Shown here piece by piece: positions 13,783 through 26,408 of a DNA stretch of 64,000 nt; position 1 is the stretch's first letter; every line of letters begins with the position of its first letter. The DNA is from Octopus sinensis (taxonomy: Eukaryota): NCBI RefSeq assembly GCF_006345805.1, contig NC_043000.1, positions 146,940,001 to 147,004,000 on the forward strand. Reading direction: 5' to 3'. Below the pieces are notes generated by a model. That model did no database searches, was not told the origin of the DNA, and saw nothing but the letters and a program-made list of their open reading frames with translations. Both the position numbers and the translations under genes were made by a program.

Positions 13783-13985
13783 TAAGCTGTCAGAAGCGTT
13801 AGCTTAGTGGCATTTTGACCAACTTTACGTTCTGAGTTCAAATTCCACCCAGATTGACTCTGCTTTTCATCCTTTCGGGGTCGATAAAATGAGTACCAGT
13901 TTAACAACAGGGGAGATGCAATCAACTTAAACACCTACGACCCCGAAACTGCCGGCCTTGTGCCAAAAATCTGAAGCCAATGTTA
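13783..13985 (+). mobile_element. SINE family B, older subfamily
   Basis: TTCTGAGTTCAAATTCC..CTTTTCATCCTTTCGGGGTCGATAAAATGAGTACCAG. Confidence 0.8.
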
Positions 13986-15161
13986 CTACTGCAATATCAA
14001 AGACAGTCTTTTATAAAAGTTTGCATATTTACATATGCAACACCTGGTGTGGAAGTCCACATTTAAATAGAATCATTTTGTACTTAGTTATTAAAATAAG
14101 GGACAAACTTCTAGAGGTTGCGATTAGAGCCGTCTTGGCAAAGAGAATAGAGATTTGCAAAGACTGAATGCTATGACCCAGTGATATGTCTATAAAACGT
14201 GCTATATTCTCCTAAGATCAAAGGCCCTATTGTTCACAAATACGTACAATAGAAATATAATAAATAAAATGAATAGAATAAACAAAATAATTAATTTGTC
14301 GCGACACTTACACTTAACTCTTTGAGTTCTTTATTTCATTTACCTATGTTTCTATGAACTCGTAATCCCAGGAATAAAATACCAGCTACATAGGTTCATT
14401 CATGCATGTCAGATAAAATAAAAACATAAAACCTCTTAACTATATTATGTAAAGCTCTTACTTTCTGATTACTGGCACTGTTTGTGGGAACAACGAGCAA
14501 TTAATGAGCCTAAATGATCATACTTAGCCTTTTTTCCCCCCCAAATGACTACAGGAAAAACTGACTCCGTCGTATATGTTAATGTCGACGCAGAGACACT
14601 GGCTACGTTATAGAACCATCATTATGTCTACGTTGCCAAATTGTCTGATATATATTCTGATATCATCAGCACCACCATTACACAACCATCACATTCATCA
14701 CTGTTATTATTGCCAACATGTTAATAAGAAAATAGAAAATAATTATTATAAAAGTTCAAACTTATTATCTTCATACAGCTGCGAATTATTTAAAGTTAAG
14801 CATAACAGATTTTGAATTCTTGAGTGTTACTATTTATTTATGTCTGCGATATTTATCTTTGAAACTTGAAGTCATGGTGATAATGTTAAGCAATGCTTAA
14901 ATTCATGATTATTAAAGTCTGCCTGAGCATTCAATTAGTGTAAACCGAAACGTCTTGCTTCTAATGTACACTTAGACAATGCAGTCCGAACGTATGAGAA
15001 TTTACCATTTCATATATTTGAAATTCTTTTCATAATATAGATATATTGATACAATTAGTGGATTTTGCAACGAAAGCATAGATGCAAAACATTAACATGC
15101 CATCACTAAAAGATATTAAATTTTAGCCGCAAGTTTATGTATAATAATGAGCTATATAATA

Positions 15162-15570
15162 GGCGCAGGAGTGGCTGTGTGGTAAGTAGCTTGCTAACCA
15201 ATCACATGGTTCAGGGTTCAGTCCCACTGCGTGGCACCTTGGGCAAGTGTCTTCTGCCATAGCCCCGGGACGACCAATGCCTTGTGAGTGAATTTGTAGA
15301 CGGAAACTGAAAAAAGCCCGTCGTATATATGTATATATATATATATGCGTGTGTGTGTTTGTGTGTCTGTGTTTGTCCCCTTAGCATTGCTTGACAACCG
15401 ATGCTGGTGTGTTTATGTCCCCGTCACTTAGCGGTTCGGCAAAAGAGACCGATAGAATAAGTACTGGGCTTACAAAAGAATAAGTCCCGGGGTCGAGTTG
15501 CTCGATTAAAGGCGGTGCTCCAGCATGGCCGCAGTCAAATGACTGAAACAAGTAAAAGAGTAAAAGAGTA
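15162..15570 (+). mobile_element. SINE family A
   Basis: Full length, GGCGCAGGAGTGGCTG to (GTAAAAGA)n tail. Confidence 0.95.
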
Positions 15571-16103
15571 TACTCTTTGTTACCAGCTGAACAGTTGGAT
15601 TTTCCGTTTTAAAAAACAAATAGCATGGCAAACGAACGTCAGCAAGATGATTTGACCAGCAGCAGCGAAAGGAACTGTACCCTAAGTTAAAGAAAAGTGG
15701 AATTTTTTCAAAGTGAGATAAAAATATCCCTAGTTGTTCAGAAATTATGTAGGAATTAAAAGTTGGGTAGATAAACGGTGAGATTTTTAATACCTGTTGT
15801 GTCATGAGAGGGCAGTTATAACAATAATAATAATGCTTCGATAATTCAAATAAATTCTGAAGTAAAATGCAACAACGAAAGATTTCGGGGATTTTTTAAG
15901 GATTTTTGGAGTTATCACTTTTATGAAGACTCATAAGAAAATGCCTCTCGATTATGTAAATGTAAAATATTTGAATTCTATGAATTGATAGTAAATGTAT
16001 TTGATGGTAAAAGGGGAGTTATTTCAAATTAGGCCAAATAGGAAGCAAAGATGAAGTTCCATCAACATTTGACTTACATTGGTGCAAGATTTATGAGTGT
16101 TAA

Positions 16104-16488
16104 GGAGGCGCAATGGCCCAGTGGTTAGGGCAGCGGACTCGCGGTCGTAGGATCGCGGTTTCGATTCCCAGGCCGGGCGTTGTGATTGTTTATTGAGCGA
16201 AATCACCTAAAGCTCCACGAGGCCCCGGCAGAGGATGGTGGTGATGCCTGCTGTACTCTTTCACCACAACTTTCTCTCACTCTTACTTCCTGTTTCTGTT
16301 GTACCTGTATTTCAAAGGGCCGGCCTTGTCACTCTCTGTGTCACGCTGAATATCCCCGAGAACTACGTTAAGGGTACGCGTGTCTGTGGAGTGCTCAGCC
16401 ACTTACACGTTAATTTCACGAGCAGGCTGTTCCGTTGATTCGGATCAACCGGAACCCTCGTTGTCGTAACCGACGGAGTGCTTCTATC
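16104..16488 (+). mobile_element. SINE family C (tRNA-Arg-like head)
   Basis: GGAGGCGCAATGGCCCAGTGG...GGTTTCGATTCC, with 11-bp TSD ATGAGTGTTAA (16093-16103 and 16489-16499). Near-identical to 63030-63413. Confidence 0.93.
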
Positions 16489-18132
16489 ATGAGTGTTAAA
16501 TAATATAAAAGATGTCTTTAGCACAACTGAACATAAATGGACCCAATTTTATTGAACTTCAACGAAGAAATATCTACTTAGATGTACGATCTGCTAGAAA
16601 TAACTGTCTATAACTCTCAGTTCACAGACAACTCTCTTACAGAGGAAGATGACTTGATAATGTAGTCTCAAATACACTAACAGCAAAACAGACAGGGTAG
16701 ACAGGGCTAGAATATCTTTGATCATAGGGCTGCTCAATGAAGACTGACCTAAGGCCATATAATAACTCTAGTCTACTGCAGTTAATGATACAAAATTGCC
16801 TCTACTTTATTCATTATGTTCATCTAAAATATTGTACAGACGGTGCTGCAAGGAATCTATGGTTATAGAAATATGTGCTTGACATCCCGATAGGTTCTCG
16901 ATATAACCTTCTATACTGGTTGCGATAGGTCTGACGCACACAGAAGTGAAGTGGATAAACAAAGTAAAAAGGCTGAGTTTCATTTCGCTGTTATTCTAGG
17001 CCTGACTCTTGTTATTATTCAACTTTGGATTAAAAGTATTTGAATTACCCTGTGAATCTATTATACCCACGGACTGCATTATCCAAAGTTTTGCTTTTGT
17101 TCTTTTTGTTTTGTTTTTCCTTTTAGATGGTCAAGTGGGATTTGAGAGACGTTTCAATGTTATTTCTAAGAGGCCGAGCAACCACGTAGGTATTCTTTCG
17201 TTGATTCATCATTCTTGTTGCTGCAACGAGCCAATTAAAGATTTTAAGTGTGTTGATAATTAATTCATTAGAAAAGCAGGTTGAATTTTAATTTTGCAAA
17301 GGATCTTTCACTACTGATACTTGTATCCGTCATGTTCTACTGATGGAGATCCTATGTTCTAAGCAATCTGCCACTTTCTAAGACAGTTTCTGATTTCGAG
17401 AGTCGGATCGCCTCATAAATGAACAACGTTCCAGCCAAGCATTTGCTGACACATGGATTTGAACTCATCATTAGAAGCTTAACGTAGCACTCTTTAGTTA
17501 TGCAGCTCTACCATTGATTACATGAGTTCGTTGAACCATTCTTCTGCCCAGATTTAAATCTATAAAATTCCATCATTGAATGTGACGATATCTCGATAAA
17601 AGGAAAGTGTTGTGAACTGTGAAATGGATGCTCTGCCGGAAAACTGAACAATCTGTTGACAAAATCTCTGAAAGCTCACGCTGTAGCTTGCTCCTCTCCG
17701 CAGCGAAATATTTTTCAAGGTCAATAACCTTATGACCTTATGATTTAAGGGTTGGGTCAGCATTAAAAGAAAAATATCTAATGTTTAGAAATTTAACATT
17801 GATAAGGCAGTTATATTCGATGTTTCAAGTTTAATAGGTATTCTAAAATGCAGTTATATAGAAAAAAATATATTTATATAAATAAAATATAAATTCAAAC
17901 TAAACTTATCTTCAGAGCTCCTGAAGAAACTTAAAAATGCTGCGTATCAGTGATTATATGACTTTAAATAGATATGCACTGAATGCATTCTTGGATAGAT
18001 ATCACGTTCATTACATAATATCCCGTGATGTGAAGTAGCGCTTGGTTTTAAGTGCCCTTCTCATTGTTTCAAAAATACAAAAAGTGGGGCCTGCAGCAGA
18101 TCGCAACTCAAAGAGACATCCACGTATCTTCC

Positions 18133-18139
18133 AATAATG

Positions 18140-18191
<52 letters not shown>

Positions 18192-18650
18192 TGATGATAA
18201 TAATAATAATAATAACAACAGCAACAACAATAAAAATAACAACAACAATAATAATGATAACAACAACAACAATAATAATAATAATAATAATAACAACAAC
18301 AATAATAATAATAATAATAATAACAACAACAACAATAATAATAATAACAACAACAACAGCAATAATAATAATAACAACAACAACAATAATAATGATAATA
18401 ACAACAACAACAACAACAATAATAATAACAACAACAACAACAATAATAATAATAACAACAATAATAATAATAAAATAATAATAATAACAACAATAATAAT
18501 AATAATAATAATAGTAACAACAACAACAACGATAATAATAATAACAACAACAACGACAACAACAAAAACAACTACAACAACAACAACAACAACAACAATA
18601 ATAATAATAATAAAATAATAATAATAATATAATAATAATAATAATAAAAA
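18133..18650. repeat. Compound (AAT)n/(AAC)n microsatellite
   Basis: Directly visible; paralogous tract at 20994-21525. Confidence 0.98.
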
Positions 18651-18800
18651 TAGAATATCACCAGTTAAATCCAGTTTGTTTTATTTTCCTTCTGCTTTTA
18701 TCACTTAAAACTAACAAAGCCGTTAATATTATTCTATGTTCAATTTCCCTTTTATTGTTTGCTATTAGTAACTTGCTTTTCTTTTTTTAAATATTTTTTT

Positions 18801-21000
18801 AATCTGAAGCCAATGTTACTACTGCAATATCAAAGACAGTCTTTTATAAAAGTTTGCATATTTACATATGCAACACCTGGTGTGGAAGTCCACATTTAAA
18901 TAGAATCATTTTGTACTTAGTTATTAAAATAAGGGACAAACTTCTAGAGGTTGCGATTAGAGCCGTCTTGGCAAAGAGAATAGAGATTTGCAAAGACTGA
19001 ATGCTATGACCCAGTGATATGTCTATAAAACGTGCTATATTCTCCTAAGATCAAAGGCCCTATTGTTCACAAATACGTACAATAGAAATATAATAAATAA
19101 AATGAATAGAATAAACAAAATAATTAATTTGTCGCGACACTTACACTTAACTCTTTGAGTTCTTTATTTCATTTAACCTATGTTTCTATGAACTCGTAAT
19201 CCCAGGAATAAAATACCAGCTACATAGGTTCATTCATGCATGTCAGATAAAATAAAAACATAAAACCTCTTAACTATATTATGTAAAGCTCTTACTTTCT
19301 GATTACTGGCACTGTTTGTGGGAACAACGAGCAATTAATGAGCCTAAATGATCATACTTAGCCTTTTTTCCCCCCCAAATGACTACAGGAAAAACTGACT
19401 CCGTCGTATATGTTAATGTCGACGCAGAGACACTGGCTACGTTATAGAACCATCATTATGTCTACGTTGCCAAATTGTCTGATATATATTCTGATATCAT
19501 CAGCACCACCATTACACAACCATCACATTCATCACTGTTATTATTGCCAACATGTTAATAAGAAAATAGAAAATAATTATTATAAAAGTTCAAACTTATT
19601 ATCTTCATACAGCTGCGAATTATTTAAAGTTAAGCATAACAGATTTTGAATTCTTGAGTGTTACTATTTATTTATGTCTGCGATATTTATCTTTGAAACT
19701 TGAAGTCATGGTGATAATGTTAAGCAATGCTTAAATTCATGATTATTAAAGTCTGCCTGAGCATTCAATTAGTGTAAACCGAAACGTCTTGCTTCTAATG
19801 TACACTTAGACAATGCAGTCCGAACGTATGAGAATTTACCATTTCATATATTTGAAATTCTTTTCATAATATAGATATATGATACAATTAGTGGATTTTG
19901 CAACGAAAGCATAGATGCAAAACATTAACATGCCATCACTAAAAGATATTAAATTTTAGCCGCAAGTTTATGTATAATAATGAGCTATATAATAGGCGCA
20001 GGAGTGGCTGTGTGGTAAGTAGCTTGCTAACCAATCACATGGTTCAGGGTTCAGTCCCACTGCGTGGCACCTTGGGCAAGTGTCTTCTGCCATAGCCCCG
20101 GGACGACCAATGCCTTGTGAGTGAATTTGGTAGACGGAAACTGAAAAAAGCCCGTCGTATATATGTATATATATATATATGCGTGTGTGTGTTTGTGTGT
20201 CTGTGTTTGTCCCCTTAGCATTGCTTGACAACCGATGCTGGTGTGTTTATGTCCCCGTCACTTAGCGGTTCGGCAAAAGAGACCGATAGAATAAGTACTG
20301 GGCTTACAAAAGAATAAGTCCCGGGGTCGAGTTGCTCGATTAAAGGCGGTGCTCCAGCATGGCCGCAGTCAAATGACTGAAACAAGTAAAAGAGTAAAAG
20401 AGTATACTCTTTGTTACCAGCTGAACAGTTGGATTTTCCGTTTTAAAAAACAAATACCATGGCAAACGAACGTCAGCAAGATGATTTGACCAGCAGCAGC
20501 GAAAGGAACTGTACCCTAAGTTAAAGAAAAGTGGAATTTTTTCTTGCTCCTCTCCGCAGCGAAATATTTTTCAAGGTCAATAACCTTATGACCTTATGAT
20601 TTAAGGGTTGGGTCAGCATTAAAAGAAAAATATCTAATGTTTAGAAATTTAACATTGATAAGGCAGTTATATTCGATGTTTCAAGTTTAATAGGTATTCT
20701 AAAATGCAGTTATATAGAAAAAAAATCTATTTATATAAATAAAATATAAATTCAAACTCAACTGATTTATCTTCAGAGCTCCTGAAGAAACTTAAAAATG
20801 CTACGTATCAGTGATTATATGACTTTAAATAGATATGCACTGAATGCATTCTTGGATAGATATCACGTTCATTACATAATATCCCGTGATGTGAAGTAGC
20901 GCTTGGTTTTAAGTGCCCTTCTCATTGTTTCAAAAATACAAAAAGTGGGGCCTGCAGCAGATCGCAACTCAAAGAGACATCCACGTATCTTCCAATAATG

Positions 21001-21063
<63 letters not shown>

Positions 21064-21311
21064 GTGATAATAATAATAATAACAACAGCAACAACAATAA
21101 AAATAACAACAACAATAATAATGATAACAACAACAACAATAATAATAATAACAATAATAACAACAACAATAATAATAATAATAATAACAACAACAACAAT
21201 AATAATAATAACAACAACAACAGCAATAATAATAATAACAACAACAACAATAATAATGATAATAACAACAACAACAACAATAATAATAACAACAACAACA
21301 ACAATAATAAT

Positions 21312-21376
<65 letters not shown>

Positions 21377-21476
21377 CAATAATAATAATAATAATAATAA
21401 CAACAACAACAACGATAATAATAATAACAACAACAACGACAACAACAAAAACAACTACAACAACAACAACAACAAC

Positions 21477-21526
<50 letters not shown>

Positions 21527-21671
21527 TAGAATATCATCAGTTAAATCCAGTTTGTTTTATTTTCCTTCTGCTTTTATCACTTAAAACTAACAAAGCCGTT
21601 AATATTATTCTATGTTCAATTTCCCTTTTATTGTTTGCTATTAGTAACTTGCTTTTCTTTTTTTAAATATT
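18801..21671 (+). repeat. Tandem segmental duplication, copy 2 (lacks 15710-17687)
   Basis: Junction GGAATTTTTTC|TTGCTCCTCTCCG at 20543. Confidence 0.95.
19995..20404 (+). mobile_element. SINE family A (duplicated copy of 15162)
   Basis: Same flanks as 15162-15570. Confidence 0.95.
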
Positions 21672-22246
21672 AAAATTCACATTTCATATTTCCATAGTGT
21701 AAGCGATAACTAAAACGTTAATAAAGAATATTTGTGAATAAGTTTGTAAATAATTTACATGTTAGCGTTTAATTACATACGTTTAGCTCCACTCTGCAAA
21801 ATGTTCCCGTTAAACCACAATTCTCACTCTCTCTCTCCACCTCTCTCTCTCTCCCTCTCTGCAGAATAGGAGCAACTTCACTACTTTCGTTACTGATTGG
21901 CAAATCATGAGTGTTTGCTTCATGCGTTCTAAAGATCGAACGTGTAACTTACAGTTTATTGCTATTTTTATGAATCGGTAGAATCAGTAGAGCATCTTCG
22001 AACGAAATAACTTTACATTCTTAGTTCAAATTCCCTCCAAATTAACTTTGCATTTACACTTCCAAATGAATAACAACCGATTGAAGTATCTGTCGTGTAC
22101 CGGAGTAGATTTAACTGACGCTGTTATTTCCCTCCAAATGTGTATTGCGGCCTTGAGACGCCAGCATAGCTCGAGTCCCATAATACTCGCCTGTTACATG
22201 GAATTTTCAAGTGTGGCAAACTTGAGATACCTTTACAGATACCATA

Positions 22247-22741
22247 CGAAGTGTGTGCTGAAAAGGTCCTGGCTTTGTGTAAAAGAAGATACAGAAGGAT
22301 CAGTTCTATTTCTTTACTACACACAAGGGGTCAAAGACAGAGAGGACAAACAAGGACAGGCAAATGGATTAAGTCGCTTATATCGACCCAGTGCATAACT
22401 GGTACTTATTTAATCGACCCCGAAAGGATGAAAGGCAAAGTCGACCTCGGCGGAATTTGAACTCAGACATTAACAGCAGACAAAATACGGCTACGCATTT
22501 CGCCCGGTGTGCTAACGTTTCTGCCAGCTCGCCACCTTGAAGGATCAGTTCATTATGATTTTATTCAACATATTCTCCTCTCAGGTTCACACATTTATTG
22601 CAGCAGAGCCCTCCAGCAGCCCTTTTTTACAGACCTTCTTTTACAGAGCTTCTTATCCCTGTCAAAGAACTCAGGAGGTTGGGCCTCCAACCAGGCCTTT
22701 CATGATACATTTAAAGCCAGGAACTTTTCAGCAACCCCTCA
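22247..22741 (-). mobile_element. Mariner-derived MITE
   Basis: TIRs CGAAGTGTGTGCTGAAAAGGTCCTGGCTTT and AAAGCCAGGAACTTTTCAGCAACCCCTCA, TA flanks, and residual transposase end KCVNLRGEYVE* on the minus strand. Confidence 0.8.
22307..22538 (-). mobile_element. SINE family B nested in the MITE
   Basis: 13-bp TSD GAAGGATCAGTTC (22294-22306 and 22539-22551). Confidence 0.93.
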
Positions 22742-23556
22742 TAGGTGCCATGTGTTCGACATCCTTTTGAAGTTGTTTAATGTCTGAGACGTAATCAGAT
22801 CTACATTGAATGTTTACACTAGACATTTATTGTTTGTAACGTAATCAGATCTGCAGTGTGGTAAAATGATTGTTGTAGTGTAGGATGGTGTATGCTTGCA
22901 GTGGCTCTAACATGGGCACTCTTCAAGTAAATGAAGAACAGGCTTGGTTTTTCTACGACTACCTCACTCACAACTGGCCTTATCTATCAAGTCACAAAAG
23001 ATGTTGCTGTATTCGAACAACTCCCCACCCAGAAATAAACATAGAACTATAATATTTCTGGGTTTAAGCAAACAGAAAATGTACAATACCAAACTACACG
23101 AAAGCGAAGTCTTTAGTGATTCTTGAACCTAGTTTAATGAAATAAACGTGTAATCCTTTGTCATAATCAAGTAAAAGTATTATTACATTCTTTTGTTTCG
23201 GAAAAGTCAGCCAGCCTACTTATTTCTATTCAACAACAGGATGTACTAGTCGCGTTTCTGATTTCTGGGAATTTCACATTGGCGTCGTATAGTTAAAAAC
23301 AGTCTCATTGTATCTCTGTCTGAAGACAGAGTAGACATTATAAGTGGTGTCATTCATCTCAATAAAGCACATCAAAATATAATACAGTAGTAAAATGGTT
23401 TTTCAAGAATATTTAATGATAATTATTGATTTGCTGTAAACGTTACAAACGTGTTTAGTTTCCTAGATTAACCAGAGACAATGAACTTAGTAAGATATTT
23501 AGTGATTTAGATTTCAATTGCTAAGTAACTGTAACAGACATTGGAAGCAAGCAGTG

Positions 23557-23618
<62 letters not shown>

Positions 23619-23725
23619 AAAATATATATATATATATATATATTTATGTATATATATATATATAGCAATAACATTAGAACCAGTTAAGTCCCATATGTAT
23701 GTGATTATCTACAATAGTGTATCCG

Positions 23726-23958
23726 AATATTTTGTGTTCAAATCAACGCGAAAGGCCTCTACGTAGACGTTGGACTTGCTAGAATTATCAACCAAATCCA
23801 TTTGAAATCATGCACTGTTTCCTCTACAAAAGGAACCACATTCTTTTCATTAAGTTTTGTGAGATCTATTATGCCTGAAAAATAAAGGACTGAGAATGTT
23901 TGCACATTTATGCCTGACCACGTAGGGGCCTTTCACGTTGATTTGAACACAGAATATT
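23726..23958. repeat. 39-bp inverted repeat pair enclosing ~155 bp
   Basis: AATATTTTGTGTTCAAATCAACGCGAAAGGCCTCTACGT and its near-perfect reverse complement at 23920-23958. Confidence 0.8.
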
Positions 23959-24169
23959 TATTTTAAAATAAGGTTATACAAAGAGGACTAAATACATGTG
24001 ATAATCCCTGATTGAAATGAGTAAATCATAATTTAAACGCGATAGAGAGAAATGCGAATGGAAATACAATGCTATGATATATTTATTACGATTATGTGTT
24101 TGTTTTGCAATGTTCCTGGTGTGAAATCGTGTGTTGAAACAGATATTGTTATCTCTTTTTTTTCTTTTT

Positions 24170-24577
24170 CTCTTTTTACTTGTTTCAGTCATTTGACTGT
24201 GGCCATTCTGGAGCACCGCCTTTAGTCGAGCAAATCGACCCCGGGACTTATTCTTTGTAAGCCCAGTACTTATTCTATCTTTTGCCGAACCGCTAAGTGA
24301 CGGGGACGTAAACACACCAGCATCGGTTGTCAAGCAATGCTAGGAGAACAAACACAGACACCCAAACATATTCACACACACTTATATATATATATATATA
24401 TATATACATATATACGACAGGCTTCTTTCAGTTTCCGTCTACCAAATCCACTCACAAGACATTGGTCGACCCGGGGCTATAGCAGAAGACACTTGCCCAA
24501 GATGCCACGCAGTGGGACTGAACCCGGAACCATGTGGTTGGTTAGCAAGCTACTTACCAAACAGCCACTCCTGCGCC
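24170..24577 (-). mobile_element. SINE family A
   Basis: Full length, reverse orientation. Confidence 0.93.
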
Positions 24578-25622
24578 TATGTTATAGTTGGAGATAATCC
24601 GCTTTGTCCCAATTAAAGACACGCACTATATTTTTTTAGTTTATTTCTCAAATTCTTTCGTTACACGTTCTGTGACAACTTCAACGACTTTCGATCCCAT
24701 GAGTCTCCTCTTGTCCAGCCTATTATATTTTGTCTTTGTGTGGTATGTATCCCTATCTGTACATCATAGACACAATTCTGTTGATTTCACCAATCCGTTT
24801 CATACACAAGAATTTGTGAAAACCAATGGGTACAGGAAAATATTTAGTAGACATATCTTGAGAGTTTATTTTAACTGTGCACCTTGTATAACGTCCAGGA
24901 GAGGCAGAATGCTACAGCCCAAGCAAGGTACACATCATGGCCGTGGAAAAAAACGCTGGAGATTATAACATCAAGTGGAAGAAGATGAAAAGGTTCAAAA
25001 TCTTACTTCAGTAGTAGTAAGAGATACAGACTCTACTTGGGAAAGGAAACAATTATACTAAAGAACTCTCTCCACCTGGGTATTTACATAAGTCATAGAA
25101 GTGAAATTTTCTGATCCTGCCCTCATAAATGCAGATATGTCCTTGGATACTGGCCGACTGCACCATGAATATATATGTCAGTGCTTCCATCATCGGAAAT
25201 TCTTCTCACCAGAATCTGAGTGTTTGACATAATGTTTGCAACGCAATTTCACATACGAATTTAAGATTGAACCGTTATCATTTACGCTCAACCCCCGCAC
25301 ATACATCAATTCCATCCTGCTTTCAACACAGTCTCAACAACCCCACTCTACAGGAATGAACTTCATATACCTTTATGGCACTTTCTGATTCATAGCCAAA
25401 GGTCATAAATTTCCACCGCCCCAGCTGGTCTCCCACTTTTATCTTTTGTCGCTCCAATTTTTGTACAAACCCCAGCAACATGGACGTGACCATTATTTGA
25501 CCTACGTTTGGCAAACAGCTCACGCCACACTCTTCCTACCAGTTGTTCTGATGATTGCCGATCCTAGTTTTCTAAACCTCTCGTGTACGAAACTGATAGG
25601 GAAAATTGTTCAAACAATAGAT

Positions 25623-25744
<122 letters not shown>

Positions 25745-26408
25745 ATAATCCCTTTCATGGGACTATCGCATTAAGTTCACAACATACCACCACTATACAT
25801 ACATATATGGTCTCACTTTCATCCTATATTCTACCAATACCACTATCAACACTTACCTCTACCTTGGATTTTCTTTACCTCTTGGATACTTACCATTGGC
25901 TGCACCTCTCTTTCGCGGATCAAAGTGACTTTGCATTGATGTGAAATCCTTAAAAAATATACCACGACGTCTACACATTTCTCACCTTGAACTTTCAACC
26001 TTGAACTGTTCGCATAAACTGTCCCGTTTGTTGTATTTTTATTTTCTCTTATATTACCACTCTTTTTACATTCATTTCATGCTTTCCACATTTTCCTGAA
26101 TTTTTGTTCTCCTTTCCGTCTTTCTTCCCTCTCTGGATGTCCATACTCCGTTTCCTCTGCCTGCACCGCCCTTTTTTGCCTCCCCCTCTCTCTGCTTCCC
26201 TTCTTTCTTTCCCTTTTCCGTTTGCCCCGTCTTTTCTGCCCCTATCGCTTACTTATCTAGTTTTTCATACGATATTTTATTTTTTTGTTTTTTTGAACGT
26301 TTGTTTTTTCCCCTTTTTTCGCTATCCTTTTTTTCTATTTTTTCATACGATAATTTTTGTTTTTTGTTTTTTTTGTTTTTTCGAACGTTTTTTTTCCGCT
26401 ATCCCATC

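Larger units (their letters stand above)
13968..18795 (+). repeat. Tandem segmental duplication, copy 1
   Basis: 13968-15709 matches 18801-20543 and 17688-18795 matches 20544-21671, both near-identical. Confidence 0.95.

Noticed and set aside
14576-14815. Identical 79-aa ORF present twice (also at 19410)
   Set aside because: The identity is explained by the recent duplication, and there are no recognisable motifs.
14918-14956. CCGAAACGTC as a hammerhead 3' half
   Set aside because: No upstream CUGAnGA core or pairing stems.
16104-16180. Possible tRNA-Arg gene (also at 63030 and 57509)
   Set aside because: The acceptor stem does not close, and it continues into a SINE body with a TSD.
17909-17930. 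TCTTCAG-AGCTC-CTGAAGA as a hammerhead core
   Set aside because: No stem II/GAAA/stem III arrangement; only a small palindrome.
18011-21666. Poly-N/L/I/Y/C ORFs
   Set aside because: Products of (AAT/AAC)n, with no splice or domain evidence.
24780-25600. Possible host exon or LINE endonuclease relic
   Set aside because: Multiple stops and no motif I can identify with confidence.
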